42,777 bases of DNA, from NCBI RefSeq assembly GCF_004010195.1, contig NW_025215369.1, positions 54,377-97,153 of the forward strand, in the 5' to 3' direction. Numbering within the stretch: the stretch's first letter is position 1; every line of letters begins with the position of its first letter. The translations under genes were made by a program, and so were the position numbers. Below the pieces are notes generated by a model. That model saw nothing but the letters and a program-made list of their open reading frames with translations, was not told where the DNA came from and searched no databases. Below are positions 1 through 10,854 of this stretch, piece after piece. The stretch is from Chiloscyllium plagiosum (taxonomy: Eukaryota).

Positions 1-681
1 GAACCGTGCACTGTCCACAGAAGTATGAAGCTAATGGATATGGTGAAGAGGGAAATCACTGACCTCCTCCGATTCTCCACCTCTGTGTCTTTGTGCCACT
101 CTCCCTTCCTCTGACACCTCAGGCTCGACTGATCAATAAAATGTGTCTGACCATCAGAGTATTCATCAACAGAATTAACACGAATGGTATGAAAGGGGTT
201 AAAATGATATCAAACCACCTGAATCACAGCCACCTGGGATCTGTAAAATAACTTGATTTTATTCGGCAGTGCCACAGAATATTGTTAATTATACTGCAAG
301 GTTCAAACCAAAAATAAAAGGGAATGCTTTTTGCAATGAGAAGAATTCCAGTTGCAGCCATAGCCACAGTCAAGGCTTTTTCTGTCCAATATTTTCTATT
401 CATTTTCAGGCAGCAAATAGCCACAAAACGATCAAAGATGAAAAGGACAGTGAACCAGACGGAGCACTCTGTGGCTGCACGAACCATGACATAGGCAGTA
501 CGGCACACAGCGGTGAGATCCAGAAAACACGTTGGCATGTCAAAGAATTTGAGTTTCCACAGTATGATGTCAATGAGAACAAACAGTAGATCCGACGTTG
601 CCATAGCCAACAGGCAGCGCGTTGTCCAGTTAGAGAGGCCACACTTTCCCCGTGCAAGAACCAAAATCACCAGGCAATTAA
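1..681 (-). pseudogene. GPR139-like class A GPCR, main coding exon (copy A), disrupted; runs off the window start
   Basis: Acceptor TTTCTTTCAG|TTAAT (exon begins at 681, phase 1) reads VNCLVILVLARGKCGLS..LLAMATSDLL..FIFDRFVAICC (DRY-like DRF). In-frame TGA at 224-226 (WL*F vs WVGF in copy B), then FRWFDIILTPFIPF..RHILL, a frameshift near 122, then EVENRRRSVISLFTISISFILLWTV. Confidence 0.85.
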
Positions 682-884
682 CTGAAAGAAACAGGAAGTA
701 AAATACAAATTGGCAATTACTGTTCAAGCTTCTCTACGTCAGCACAGATAGCAATATATGATGTTAGCACATAACTGGGACAGTTGGGAAGGTTCAGATG
801 TCAAGTTTGAACATGACAGCTCCAATGGCCTGACCTATTTTGAAGCTGCTCACTCCTGTGTTTAACTATGGGTGGGCAGGGAAT

Positions 885-1175
885 TGTCAGATGGCAGGGG
901 GCATATTTTTAAGGTGAAAGGGAAGAGGTTCAGGGCATCTGAGGAAGAGGCATTCACCCAGAGAGTGGTGGGTGTCTGATAATTCAGTGCCTGGGAGAGT
1001 TGTGGAAGCAGGAAACGTCACAAACTTTAAAAACTACCTGGATGAACGCTTGAAGCATCATCATATTCGAGACTATGAGGATAGTGCTGGAAACTGGGAC
1101 AAGAGTAGATTTTTTGCAGCTTTGATGGCACAAACTGGAACGACCGAAGGCCCTCTCATTTACAATCTGTTTCTA
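885..1175 (+). mobile_element. CR1-type LINE 3' fragment
   Basis: FTQRVVGV..SVPGRVVEAGNVTNFKNYLDE matches the CR1 ORF2 C-terminus seen in other copies in this window. Confidence 0.7.
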
Positions 1176-1284
1176 TGATTCGAAGAATTCATTCTGAGAG
1201 GCAGGTTTGGAAGTGAAGCATTTTAATGAAATAAATTAAGGCTTTGAATGCTGAACAAATGGAACAAAACAAAACCCAACAAGT

Positions 1285-1402
1285 ATGACAGTAGCTGTGG
1301 AGAGAGAAACAGGGTGAATGGAATCATGCTTCATCAGAACATTTTCATCTGAACATGGGTCACTGAACTCAAAACGTCATCTCAGATTTCTCCCTGCACA
1401 CA
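1285..1402. mobile_element. Degenerate mini-hairpin made of PLE terminal sequence
   Basis: tgtggagagagaaacag..cttcatcagaac on one side and gggtcactgaactcaaaacgtc..tttctccctgcaca on the other are loosely inverted and resemble 8465-8666. Confidence 0.35.
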
Positions 1403-1524
1403 AAACTCTATAATTGCAACCAAAAGGTAGGGATTAATTTCAAAAAGCAAAGTCAAATTTAAAGTGTTGATATTCAACTGCTATGGAACATTTGTTCGAT
1501 TGTTCTTAGCACTCTGGCCATAGT

Positions 1525-4105
1525 TAAACACATGGAGTAATACAGCATGGAAACACACACTTTAGTCTAAATTATCCATGCTGAACACATATCCTAAATT
1601 AATTCAGTCTCATTTGCCCATGTATCCCTCTCAATCCTTTCTATTTATCTACCCATCCAGATACCTTTTAAATTATGTAATTGTCCCAGCCACCACCACT
1701 TCTGGTAATTCACTCCACAACCGCACCATGAAATGGGTGCCCATTCAGTTCCTTTTAAATTTATCCCCTCTCACCGTAAAACAATACGCTCTAGTTCTAG
1801 TCTCCTCCATAACAGAGAAAAGACCCTCTCTATTATTTCATAAACTTGCATAAGGTTACACCTCAGCCTACGACCCTCCAGGAAAAACAGTCCCAGCATA
1901 TTCAGCCTATCGCCATATTTCAAATATTCCAAACCTGGCAACATCTCTTCTGAAACTTTAAAAATTTTCTAACATTCTTGGAGGGAGACTAGAACTGCAC
2001 ACAATATTCTAAACATGCCTACCCAATGTCCTGCACGGCCACAACATGATCTCCCAATTCCTATACTCAGTGCTTTGATCAATAAAGCAAAGTATACCAA
2101 ATATTGTCATCAACAACCTCTCTATCTCAGAAATCATTTTCAATGATCTATGATCTTGCACTCCAAGGTCTCCTTGTTCAGCAACAATGTCCAGGACCTT
2201 ATCAATAACTGTGTATGTCCTGCTCCGATTTGCCTTTCAAAGTGCAGCATCTCACATTCATCTAAATTAAACTCTATCTGCGACTGCTCGGATCATTGGC
2301 TCATGTGACCAACCTTATTCCCTGTCAAATCTCACTTTATATTTGGTGTCATCTGCAAACTTAAAAACGAGAATGTAAATTGTCAATTTCAAATCATTCA
2401 TATCAATAACAAAAAGCTGTGAATACAGCATCAATTCCACTCACACATCACTGGTCACAGGCTTCCAGTCTGAAAAGCGAGCCAACACCACCACTCTCTG
2501 TCTTCCACCTACAAGCCAGTTTTGTACCCAAATAGCTGGGTCTCCCTGAGTTCAATGCCAGCTAACTTTATGAATTTGTCTATCATAACAAACCAGTTTG
2601 AACACCTTCCTGAAGTCCATATCGATCACGTCCACTGTTCTGCCTCATCAATCTTCTTTGATACTTCTTCAAAAAACTCAGTAAAGTTGGTGGGACATGA
2701 TAGCGCATGTACAAAGGCATGTCAACTGCCCATAATCAGTCCTTGCCACTCCAAATACATGTAAGTCCTGCCCCTGCAGATTCACTCTCACAGCTTTCCC
2801 ACCACGAATGTCAGGCTCACCACTCTCCACTGCCCTGGCTGTACCTTCACACCTTTCTTAAATACTGGCACCATGTTCGCCAACCTCCAGTCTTCCAGCA
2901 CCTCACCTACTATCAATGATACAAATATCTCAGCAAGTCCCACAGCAATCATTTCCCTTGCTTCCCGAAGAGATTGGGAGGACACCTCATTAGGTGCGGG
3001 GGATTTATCCAACCTCATGATTTTTAAGATATCCAGCATCACTTCTGATGCAATCTGGGCATTTTTCAAGATGTCACCATCTGTTTCCCTACATTCTGTA
3101 TCGACCATGCTTTTCTGCGTAGTAAGCAAAGATGCAAAATGCTCGTTTATTATTGCTCACATCTCCTGCATTTCCACACACAGGCTGCCACATGATGCTT
3201 CAGGAGTCCTATTTTCTCCTGCGTTACAATTCTGTCCTTAATATATTTGCCAAATCCGTTCGAATTCTCCTTAACCCTTTTTGCCAAAGATATCTCACGT
3301 CCGCTTTTTGCCCTGCCATATCCCTCTTAACTTAACAAGATTTGAGAAGATTTACCAAACTTTTAAAAAAAGAACAGGAACTGACATCACTACAGGAAAT
3401 TATGTCACCACAGGAAATGACATCACCCACCCAAGGAAACTCAAACAAATTCGAAAGTCAGCGAAAACACCAGTGCTTCATTCGGAGACTCACTGAATAT
3501 GCTACCTTGTATGGTGACAAAATGTCTGAAAATGAACCTTCCAGCTCAGCGAGCAAACCTACATCCATTCCCTCTTAAGTATACTCCAACTCCCCTCATA
3601 CTCTTATACCTATTGACTCGATCTCTGCTGTCTATCCCTGACATATGCATCCTTCGTTTTACCAAAATCTCAATTTTTCCCATCATCCAGCATTCCTGCA
3701 CCTACCAGTCTTGCATTTCAGCCGGACAGGAACATACTGTCTCTGGACCCTTGTTATCTCATTTTAGGAGGATTCCCATTTTCTAACTATCGCTTCACCT
3801 ACAAACATTTCCCTGCAGACAACGTTGAAGGTTCTTGCCAGGTATTTGCAAAATTGGCCAATTTTAAAACTAATAGATTTATGGTCGCTGGCCACAAAGT
3901 GCCCCCCACTGACACCTCAGTCACCTGGCCAGCCTTATTTCCTGAGAGTAAGTCATGTTTTGAGCCTGCACGTACCAACATCTGCAGACTGATTCAGAAA
4001 CCTTTCTTGTACACACTTAACAATTTCCTCTCCATCTCAACCCTTAACACTCTGGCTGTCCTCGACTGTGTTTGAAACGTTAAAATTCCCTACTATTACC
4101 ACTCA
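1525..4105 (-). mobile_element. CR1/HER1-like LINE (3' end at left, RT to endonuclease), decayed, interrupted at 3331-3568
   Basis: Minus strand has KFADDTK (2343-2363), DKSPAP..EDWRLANMVPVFKKG..WRVVSLTFVVGKL (2788-3129) and a VVIVGNFN endonuclease motif near 4080-4103. Confidence 0.85.
3331..3568 (+). mobile_element. Short PLE (Poseidon-like) terminal fragment with 10-bp TSD
   Basis: TSD tccctcttaa at 3321-3330 and 3569-3578. Body matches 10600-10760 including a decayed hammerhead. The first ~23 nt are the reverse complement of the element end at 10783-10804. Confidence 0.8.
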
Positions 4106-5590
4106 ATTAATTTAGATAAATGTGAGTTACTGCATTTTGGAAAGGCTAATTATGGCAGGACTTATGTACTTAATGGGAAGGTCCTGGGGAGTGTTGCTGA
4201 ACAAAGAGACATTGGAATACACATTCATAGATGTTTGAAAGTGGAGTCACAGGTAGATAGCATAGTGAAGAAGGTGTTCGGTATTTGATTTAACTTTATA
4301 TTTAAGCTTTATTATCATGTGTCCACAAGTACAGAAGTACAGGAGTACAGTGAAAAGTGTTTAATGTCATCAAATACGGCACCATCTTTGGTATAAAGGT
4401 ACCTCGGTGCAAACCTGAGGTACAAGTAGTAACACAGACACAAAATCAAAAACAAAGCATCCCCATTGATCTTATTGTAAGTAGAAAAATCAAGAAATGA
4501 AGTTAAATGTTCACATTACAGTCGTTCGTATTGTTAAATGGAAAAATATTGGAATAAAGGTAAATGTTGTACAGACTTTCTGAAGGGCATTTCCTGTGAG
4601 GGTTTAATCCCCACCATTTTGGCCCACTCTCTGGGAAATCTCTGTCTTCCCACTCTCGATGTCACAGATGCCTCCCTTATCAATACTTCGGGCTTGCTCT
4701 GGCCTTGTTAGCCTCAGACCCACAGCCACTTCCATGCACCAGACATCCAGCTGGCACTCCTCAGGAGCCCGTCTCCTGCCACACTTCCCACGATACCATC
4801 GTCACTGTTGTCTCTCTGCAGAACTTCAGAGGGTAAGGAAAAAGAAATGACCAGAATCAGAGAAAAAATAGAAATGTGGCCAGCCTTGAGTGGACGGCCG
4901 AACATGCTCCCACCATCTTCAATAGCTCACTCATTGTGTCCTCCACACTGCCGGGGAATGCTTACCTTCAGTAATCAGTACATTAAATATAAGGAGTTGG
5001 GAGGGCATGCTGCTACTGCAAAGGACATTGCTTGGACCACTTTTTGAATACTGCGTGTAATTTTGTTCTTCTTCCTATTAGAATGATGTTGCTCAACTTA
5101 AAATTTTGCAGGAAAGATTTACAATGATGTTGCCAGGGTTCGAGAAGTCAGTTATAGAGAGAGACTGAATGGGCTGGGGCTATTTTCCCTGTGGCATTGG
5201 AGAACGAGGGGTGATCTTACTGAAATTCATAAAATCATGACGGGAATGTATAGGGTAAACAGCTAAGGTCTATTTCTTAGGGATGAGATGAAAGGGCATA
5301 GGTTTAAGGTGAAAGAGCAAAGATTTAGAAGGAGTCTAAGAGGTAACCTTTTCACGCAGAAGGTGACGTGTGTATGGAATGAGCTTGCAGACGATGAGGT
5401 GGAGGCTGATACAATTACAACATTTAAAAGGGATCTGGATGGATATATGAATAGGAAGGGTTTAGAGGGATATGGGCTAAATGCTGGCAAATAGATGAGA
5501 TTAATTTGGGATATCTGGTGGGCATGAACCGGTTGAACCGAAGGGCCTGTTTCTGTGCTGCACATCTCTATAACTATGACTCTGTGACAA
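4106..5590 (+). mobile_element. HER1/CR1 LINE 3' part, split by an insertion
   Basis: KCELLHFGK, GHRFKVK..NLFTQKVTCVWNEL..TFKRDLDGYM and the HE1-shared 3' tail gaagggcctgtttc..ctatgactct. Reading resumes at ~4958 after the insert. Confidence 0.85.
4285..4955 (-). mobile_element. ~670-bp non-coding retroposon-like insertion inside HER1
   Basis: Interrupts the HER1 sequence ggtat|gctt. Minus-strand 3' end cttttcactgtact..acacatgataataaa resembles the tail at 7084-7127. Minus-strand 5' part contains aagatggtgg. Confidence 0.5.
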
Positions 5591-5709
5591 CTAGGACGTA
5601 CATGGGACACACCGAACAATTCACTGACACAGAGCTATCAAGCACTGTTGAACATTTAGACAAATGGCCTGCCAACAACCATGCCTTGCTGTTTTGGCTA
5701 TGCTGATGA

Positions 5710-6690
5710 CTTAGAGTCAAAGAGTCGTTGTGTTGTTCACTGCAGGATTCTTGGGGCTCTGATCTGCTCTGTCACCATTGTATTTACATGGCTACTCCAG
5801 TTCACTCTCGAGTTAATTGTTACCCCAAGATCTTGAAAGTTGAGGATTCAGCGATGGGAACCATATAGAAAATGAAAGGATGATGGTTTAAGTCTTTCTT
5901 GTTAGAGATTACCATAGTCTGGCATTTATTGACATGAATGTTTCCTGCAGCTTTTCATCCCAGTCCTGGAGATGATCCAGATTTAATTGCGCTTGAACAT
6001 GGACTGCTTCAGTATCTGAGTAATCCTATATGCTGTTGAACATTGTACGTACATTGGCTAATGCATCTCATCATGGAGGGAAGTACTTTAATAATACTAC
6101 TGAAGACGTTTGGGCCAAAGACAGTCTCCTGAAGAAGTCCTGCAGAGATTTTCTGTCGTTAAGATGACTGACCATTAACAATCACAGTTTTTCCCCTTTG
6201 TACCAGTTATGACTCCAGCCAGTGGAGAGCTTTCCTCAATTTTCATTGACTCCAGTCGTGCTCAGGCGGTTGAATTCACACTCAGTCAAATGCAGCCTTT
6301 TCTGATAAGCATTGTCATACCCATGCTACATCTGGAATCAACTCTTTTTCTCTATGTTTGAACTGAGGCTGTAATGAGGTCGGGAGCTGCGTGGCCCTGG
6401 CGGAACCCAAACTGGGTGTCAGTTATTGCTGAGCAGATGCTGCTTGGTAGCACTTTTGAGGATCCCTTCCATCGTTTTACTGATGATTACAAGTCGATTG
6501 ATGGGGTGGTAATTGGTTGGGTTGGCTTTGTTCTGCTTTTAGTGTATGACATACCTGGGCAAGTTTTCACTCTCTCAGTTAGATGTCAGTGCTGTAGCTC
6601 AGCAGCAGCTGCCTGACGAGGGATGTAGGATATTCTGGAGCACATGTCATCTGTCCCATTGTTAGAATGTGACCAGGTCCACAGCCTTTG
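5710..6690 (-). mobile_element. Old non-LTR retrotransposon RT fragment (CR1/L2 group, different family from HER1)
   Basis: Minus strand reads AAFD*V..KALHWLES*L (6205-6297) and PTNYHPINRLVI (6485-6523, RPISL-like). Many stops. Confidence 0.6.
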
Positions 6691-7127
6691 CCTGCCAGAG
6701 AAGGCCAAGGTGGATAAACCCATCAGCATTTCTGTCTGACGAGATTTGTGAACGGGTTCAGTCTTATTGTTGTATGAATGAGTTCTCCTTCTCCTTTTGT
6801 TGATTACTGGAGATATATGTGTGGCCATGGAGCAAAGGGACACATATCACTACCTCATGGGAGAGGGGCAACTGGTGGTGAGTTTAAAAGAATTGAAAAT
6901 GGTGTGACACTGGGCTGGTCCTTGTGAATTCCCGACAGCAGATTAAATTAACATTTGTTATAACCATTCGACATTTTCAAAATTAAATTCTATATCTCTA
7001 AATATTACAGTGTGCAACTTTTTCTTTTGCCCTGCGATATAAGTCTTGCTTATTGTGATCTCCTGTACTGCTCCCAAACAATGCTTTTCATTGTACTCAG
7101 GCACACATAACAATAAATCAAATCAAA

Positions 7128-7262
7128 CTTTAGGGTGTCATCACAATACCGGTGAGGTAAGATGGAAAGTCCTTCAGGGTAACTTCAGCTAGTGTGGGAT
7201 CTGTATTTCGTCTACATTGCAAACCAGCTAGTCAGCTCAATGAGAGAGCCAGTTGCTGAGTG
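7128..7262 (-). mobile_element. Degenerate tRNA-derived SINE (same family as 40688-40830)
   Basis: Reverse complement resembles the plus-strand copy at 40688-40830. Its 3' piece appears at ~6865-6887 (ctggtggtgagtttaa). Confidence 0.45.
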
Positions 7263-7625
7263 TGCATTCTCCGGAGAAGGATATATTTGGAACACTATGA
7301 GATTTAGAGATGGGAATGTTTGAGTGGAATACAACATTGCGTCTGGAATAAAGCTTCTCATTTCATCAATTAATATGATCAGAATTGTCCAATACCTAAA
7401 ACTGAATTTTAGAAATAAATAAATATTTACTCAAGCCCATAATGGACGTTGTCATAATCTGTTTGTTCACATTTCAACGAAACACTAATTTGAACAGTGT
7501 TGCGACCTCAAAATCCCTAGGCGATCCCCATGGCATAAAGCATTGGGTTTGGAAACGTGAGACATCAGTGTTTGATGCAGAGGGATTGACTGCGGAACGA
7601 AAGCACAGATCACTTTCCAGAGGAA

Positions 7626-7692
7626 ATGCTTGAAACATTTGGTATTATCAATAAATTATTCCATGTGACTCTTGCTATCATTAGCCTTCCAG
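7626..7692 (+). pseudogene. Probable first coding exon of GPR139-like copy B, with a non-canonical donor
   Basis: ATG at 7626 gives MLETFGIINKLFHVTLAIISLP plus one G. It joins in phase 1 to TTAAT at 10855 (..SLP-V-NLLSILILSRGK), completing TM1. The donor reads G|ATAAGT instead of G|GTAAGT. Confidence 0.7.
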
Positions 7693-7859
7693 ATAAGTGA
7701 CTTAATCTATTGAGGCTTTGTAAATCTGGTTAAGAGTTGCTCTCTGTGCTTTGCGTAGGATGATGTTACATTCTGATCTGGTGCTCACAATTATACAGAC
7801 ACTCGAACATTAGCAGGTTGTTTAGCCTGTGTCGTAACACAAGTTAGTGGAGTGAGCAG

Positions 7860-8185
7860 CTATAAAATAGGGAGCACAATTCTAAAGGGAGTGAAAGAGC
7901 AGAGGTACAGAGATGTAAATGGGTGTGGATGATTGAAAGTAGCATTAAAGTAGCAGAGGATGGTGCGTGTATGGAATGAGCTGCCAGAGGAAGTGGTGGA
8001 GGTTGGTACAATTGCAACATTTAAGAGGCATTTGGATGGGTATATGAATAGGAAGGGTTTGGAAGGATAAGGGCAGGGTGCTGGCAAGTGGGACTATGTT
8101 AGGTAAGGATATCTGGTCAGCATGGACGAGTTGGACTGAAGGGTCTGTTTCCATGTCCCATGTTGTACATCTCTATGACTCTTTA
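7860..8185 (+). mobile_element. HER1/CR1 3' fragment
   Basis: RMVRVWNELPEEVVEVGTIATFKRHLDGYMNRKGLEG followed by the 3' tail. Confidence 0.85.
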
Positions 8186-8464
8186 ACTCTTTGAATGCGT
8201 TCAAATTCCACCTCAGCGGTGATATGTCAGAGCAATTTGATTAAATAACAGTATTCAGTGAATTGTCACATATGACATCAGTGTTCTCGTGATACACACC
8301 TCTTCAGGAGCTCGTGTCTGTCTCTCAAGTCTGACAGGAATGGTTTCCTGTTCTTGATTGAGTTCTGTACCCTGAGTTGGGAATCAAATCCAAGACACAT
8401 GGAGGGATCTGTTTATTAATGAGAACTGTGTGCCAGCGTAGAGAACACTGGAAAAAATAAATGC

Positions 8465-8666
8465 GCCAGGCAGCATTCCAGGGGGTAGAAACAGAGTTAA
8501 CACTTCGGATCCAGTATGACTCTGCATCAGAACTGCTTCTTGAAGATAGGATCCAGGATAAGAGTATTAATTCTGAGGGGAATATGCCACTTGGCAAACC
8601 CAAACTGAGGAGGATTCTGGTACTACTTACTGGACTCGAACAAAAAACGGTCTGATTCTGTTTCTC
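8465..8666. mobile_element. Mini-hairpin of PLE-type termini with decayed hammerhead motifs
   Basis: agaaacagagttaac..ggatccagta..catcagaac is loosely inverted to ctgaggag..tactggactcgaa..ttctgtttct. Confidence 0.45.
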
Positions 8667-9057
8667 AGGTGAGTCTGATTTATGGATCCAGTCCAATCTT
8701 ACACAGTCTCTAAATCTCTCCAGGCTCCAAACTTGTCATGGGGCAAGAAACCCTTTGGACAGCCTGAAAGTGGGGAGAGGCATCATTTGTGGAGGATTTG
8801 CGTTAATGTAGAATCTCAGTCTTGGCCAGTTAAAAACTATCCTGGAATGTGTCAATAATAGAATGCATTTAGTGGCAACTGTGAACCCACAAAATACATG
8901 AAATTAAAACTTTTAGTGGTGCTAAAAAAAAGCTATCCTCACTGTTTGAGTCGTGTGCAGAGATTTATACAATCTGAGCTGGAGGATGTGTTTTCAGATG
9001 CATCATCACCATATTAGGTAACGTATCAGTGAGCCTCCAGTGAAGTGCTAGTGTTAT

Positions 9058-9371
9058 TTTAGATTATTAGATTACATTCCCTACAGTGTGGAAACAGGCC
9101 CTTCGGCCCAACAAGTCCATACTGACCCTCTGAAGAGTAACCCACCCAGACCCATTTCCCTCTTTCTAATGCACCTCCCACTATGGGCAATCTAGCTTGG
9201 CCAACTTGCCCGACCTGCACGTCGTTGGACTGTGGCAGGAAACTGGAGCATCCGAAGGAAACCCATGCAGACACGGGGAGAATGTGCAACATCCACGCAG
9301 ACAGTCGCCGAGGCTGGAATCGACCTTGGGACCCAGGTGCTGTGAGGCAGCAATGCTAACCACTGAGCCAC
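9058..9371 (-). mobile_element. HE1 SINE (tRNA-derived V-SINE) nested in the PLE
   Basis: Minus strand gtggctcagtggttagc (A box)..ggtcgattcc (B box), V-domain tctgcatgggtttcc, HER1-like tail and aatct repeats. Confidence 0.9.
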
Positions 9372-9760
9372 TGGTTATGTCCCACTTTCTATTTATGTGT
9401 CTTGGTTTCTTAGGGTGAGTAATGCAATTTGTGGTTCTTTTTCACTGAGGATGGTAGGTGGGGTCCAAATCGATCTGTTAATAAATGAAATTCTGGTTAG
9501 AATGCCTTGCCTCTAAGAAGTCTCATGCATCCCTCTGTTTACCTTGTCCTCGGATGGATGTGTTGTCCCAGTCAAAGTGGTGTCGTTCTTCGTTTGTATG
9601 AAAAGATGCTAGTGATAGTGGGTCATATCTTTTTGTGGCTTGTTGTTGTACATGCATCCTGGTAGCGAGTTTTCTGCCTGTTTGTTTGATGTAGTTTTTG
9701 TTACAGTCCCTGTTGTTCTTGGTTATAAGTTTGCTTGCTGAGTTGGAAGGTTTGTATTCA

Positions 9761-9794
9761 GATGTTTCGTCACCATTCTGGGTAACTTCATCAG
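9761..9794 (-). ncRNA. Minimal hammerhead ribozyme motif in PLE terminal repeat
   Basis: Minus strand CUGAUGA-A-GUUACC-CAGAAU-GGUGAC-GAAA-CAUC: intact core boxes and a 6-bp stem II. A decayed plus-strand copy lies at 10689-10722. Confidence 0.7.
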
Positions 9795-10854
9795 TGAGCC
9801 TCATGTGAAGTGCTGGCGTTATGTCCCACTTTCTATTTATGTATCTTGGTTTCTTAGGGCGAGTGCTACCTCTTCCGGTTCATTTCCACAGACGATGGTA
9901 TATGGACTCCAAGTCGATGTGTTAATTACTAGAGTTCTGGTTAGAATTCCATGCACCTCAGAATTCTCGTGCATGTCACTGTTTAGGTTGCCCTCGGATG
10001 GATGTGCTGTCGCAGGCAAAATGGTGCCCTGCTTCACCTGTATAACAAGATACTAGTGATAATGGGTCATGTCTTTTTGTGACTAGTTGACGTTCATGTA
10101 TCTTGGTGGCTAGTTTTCTGCCTGAATGTCTAATGTAGTTTTTGTTACATTCCCTGCATAGTATTTTGTAAGTTACATTCATTTTGCTTGTTGCTCTGGT
10201 TGTAAGTTTGCTCGCTGAGCTGGAAGGTTTGTTTTCAGATGTTTCATCACCATCATCCTTGAGCTTCCAGTGAATCGTTGGTGTTACAACTAACAAAATG
10301 AATGCCACTTACAAATATCATGCAGGGAGTGTCACAAACACTACATCAGACAAACACACAGGAAACTAGCCATCGGGATACATGAACACCAACTAGCCAC
10401 AAATAGATATGACTTACTATCACTAGTATGTTTTCATACAGGTGAAGCAGGACACCACTTTGACTGGGACAACACATCCAACCTAGTACAAGCTAAACAG
10501 AGACACACATTAGAATTCCTGGAGGCATGGCATTCTAACTGGAACTCCATCAATTAACACATCGATTTGGACCCCATCTACCATCCTTTAAGAGACAAAA
10601 AGAATCAGGAATGATATCACTCACCCTAAGAAACCAAGAAACATAAATAGAAAGTGGGACATAACACCAGCACTTCACCGGACACTCACTGATGATGTTA
10701 CCATGTATGGTGATAAAATGTCTGACAACACACCTTCTTGCTCAGCGAGCAAACTTACAACCAGATGCTCAACCTGAGCTACAAATCTTCTGAAAAATTG
10801 CTAATTTATTCAATCTGCAATTTAACACTTTCTGTTCTCTTATTTTTCATGCAG

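Larger units (their letters stand above)
8957..10804. mobile_element. Poseidon-like PLE cluster: three partial tandem units on minus plus one unit on plus
   Basis: GIY-YIG-type NVTYKILCRECNKNYIRHSGRKLATKIHE..GHHFDWDNTSI..EFLEAWHS occurs on minus (about 9371-9710 and 9805-10185) and on plus (10290-10600). The terminal repeat recurs at about 8960, 9715 and 10190 (minus) and 10660-10804 (plus). Confidence 0.85.

Noticed and set aside
682..7600. First exon of minus-strand GPCR copy A
   Set aside because: No convincing ATG-to-donor segment found by eye; it may be deleted or too decayed.
7693..10854. U12-type AT-AC intron
   Set aside because: The donor lacks ATATCCT and the acceptor is AG; a mutated GT donor is simpler.
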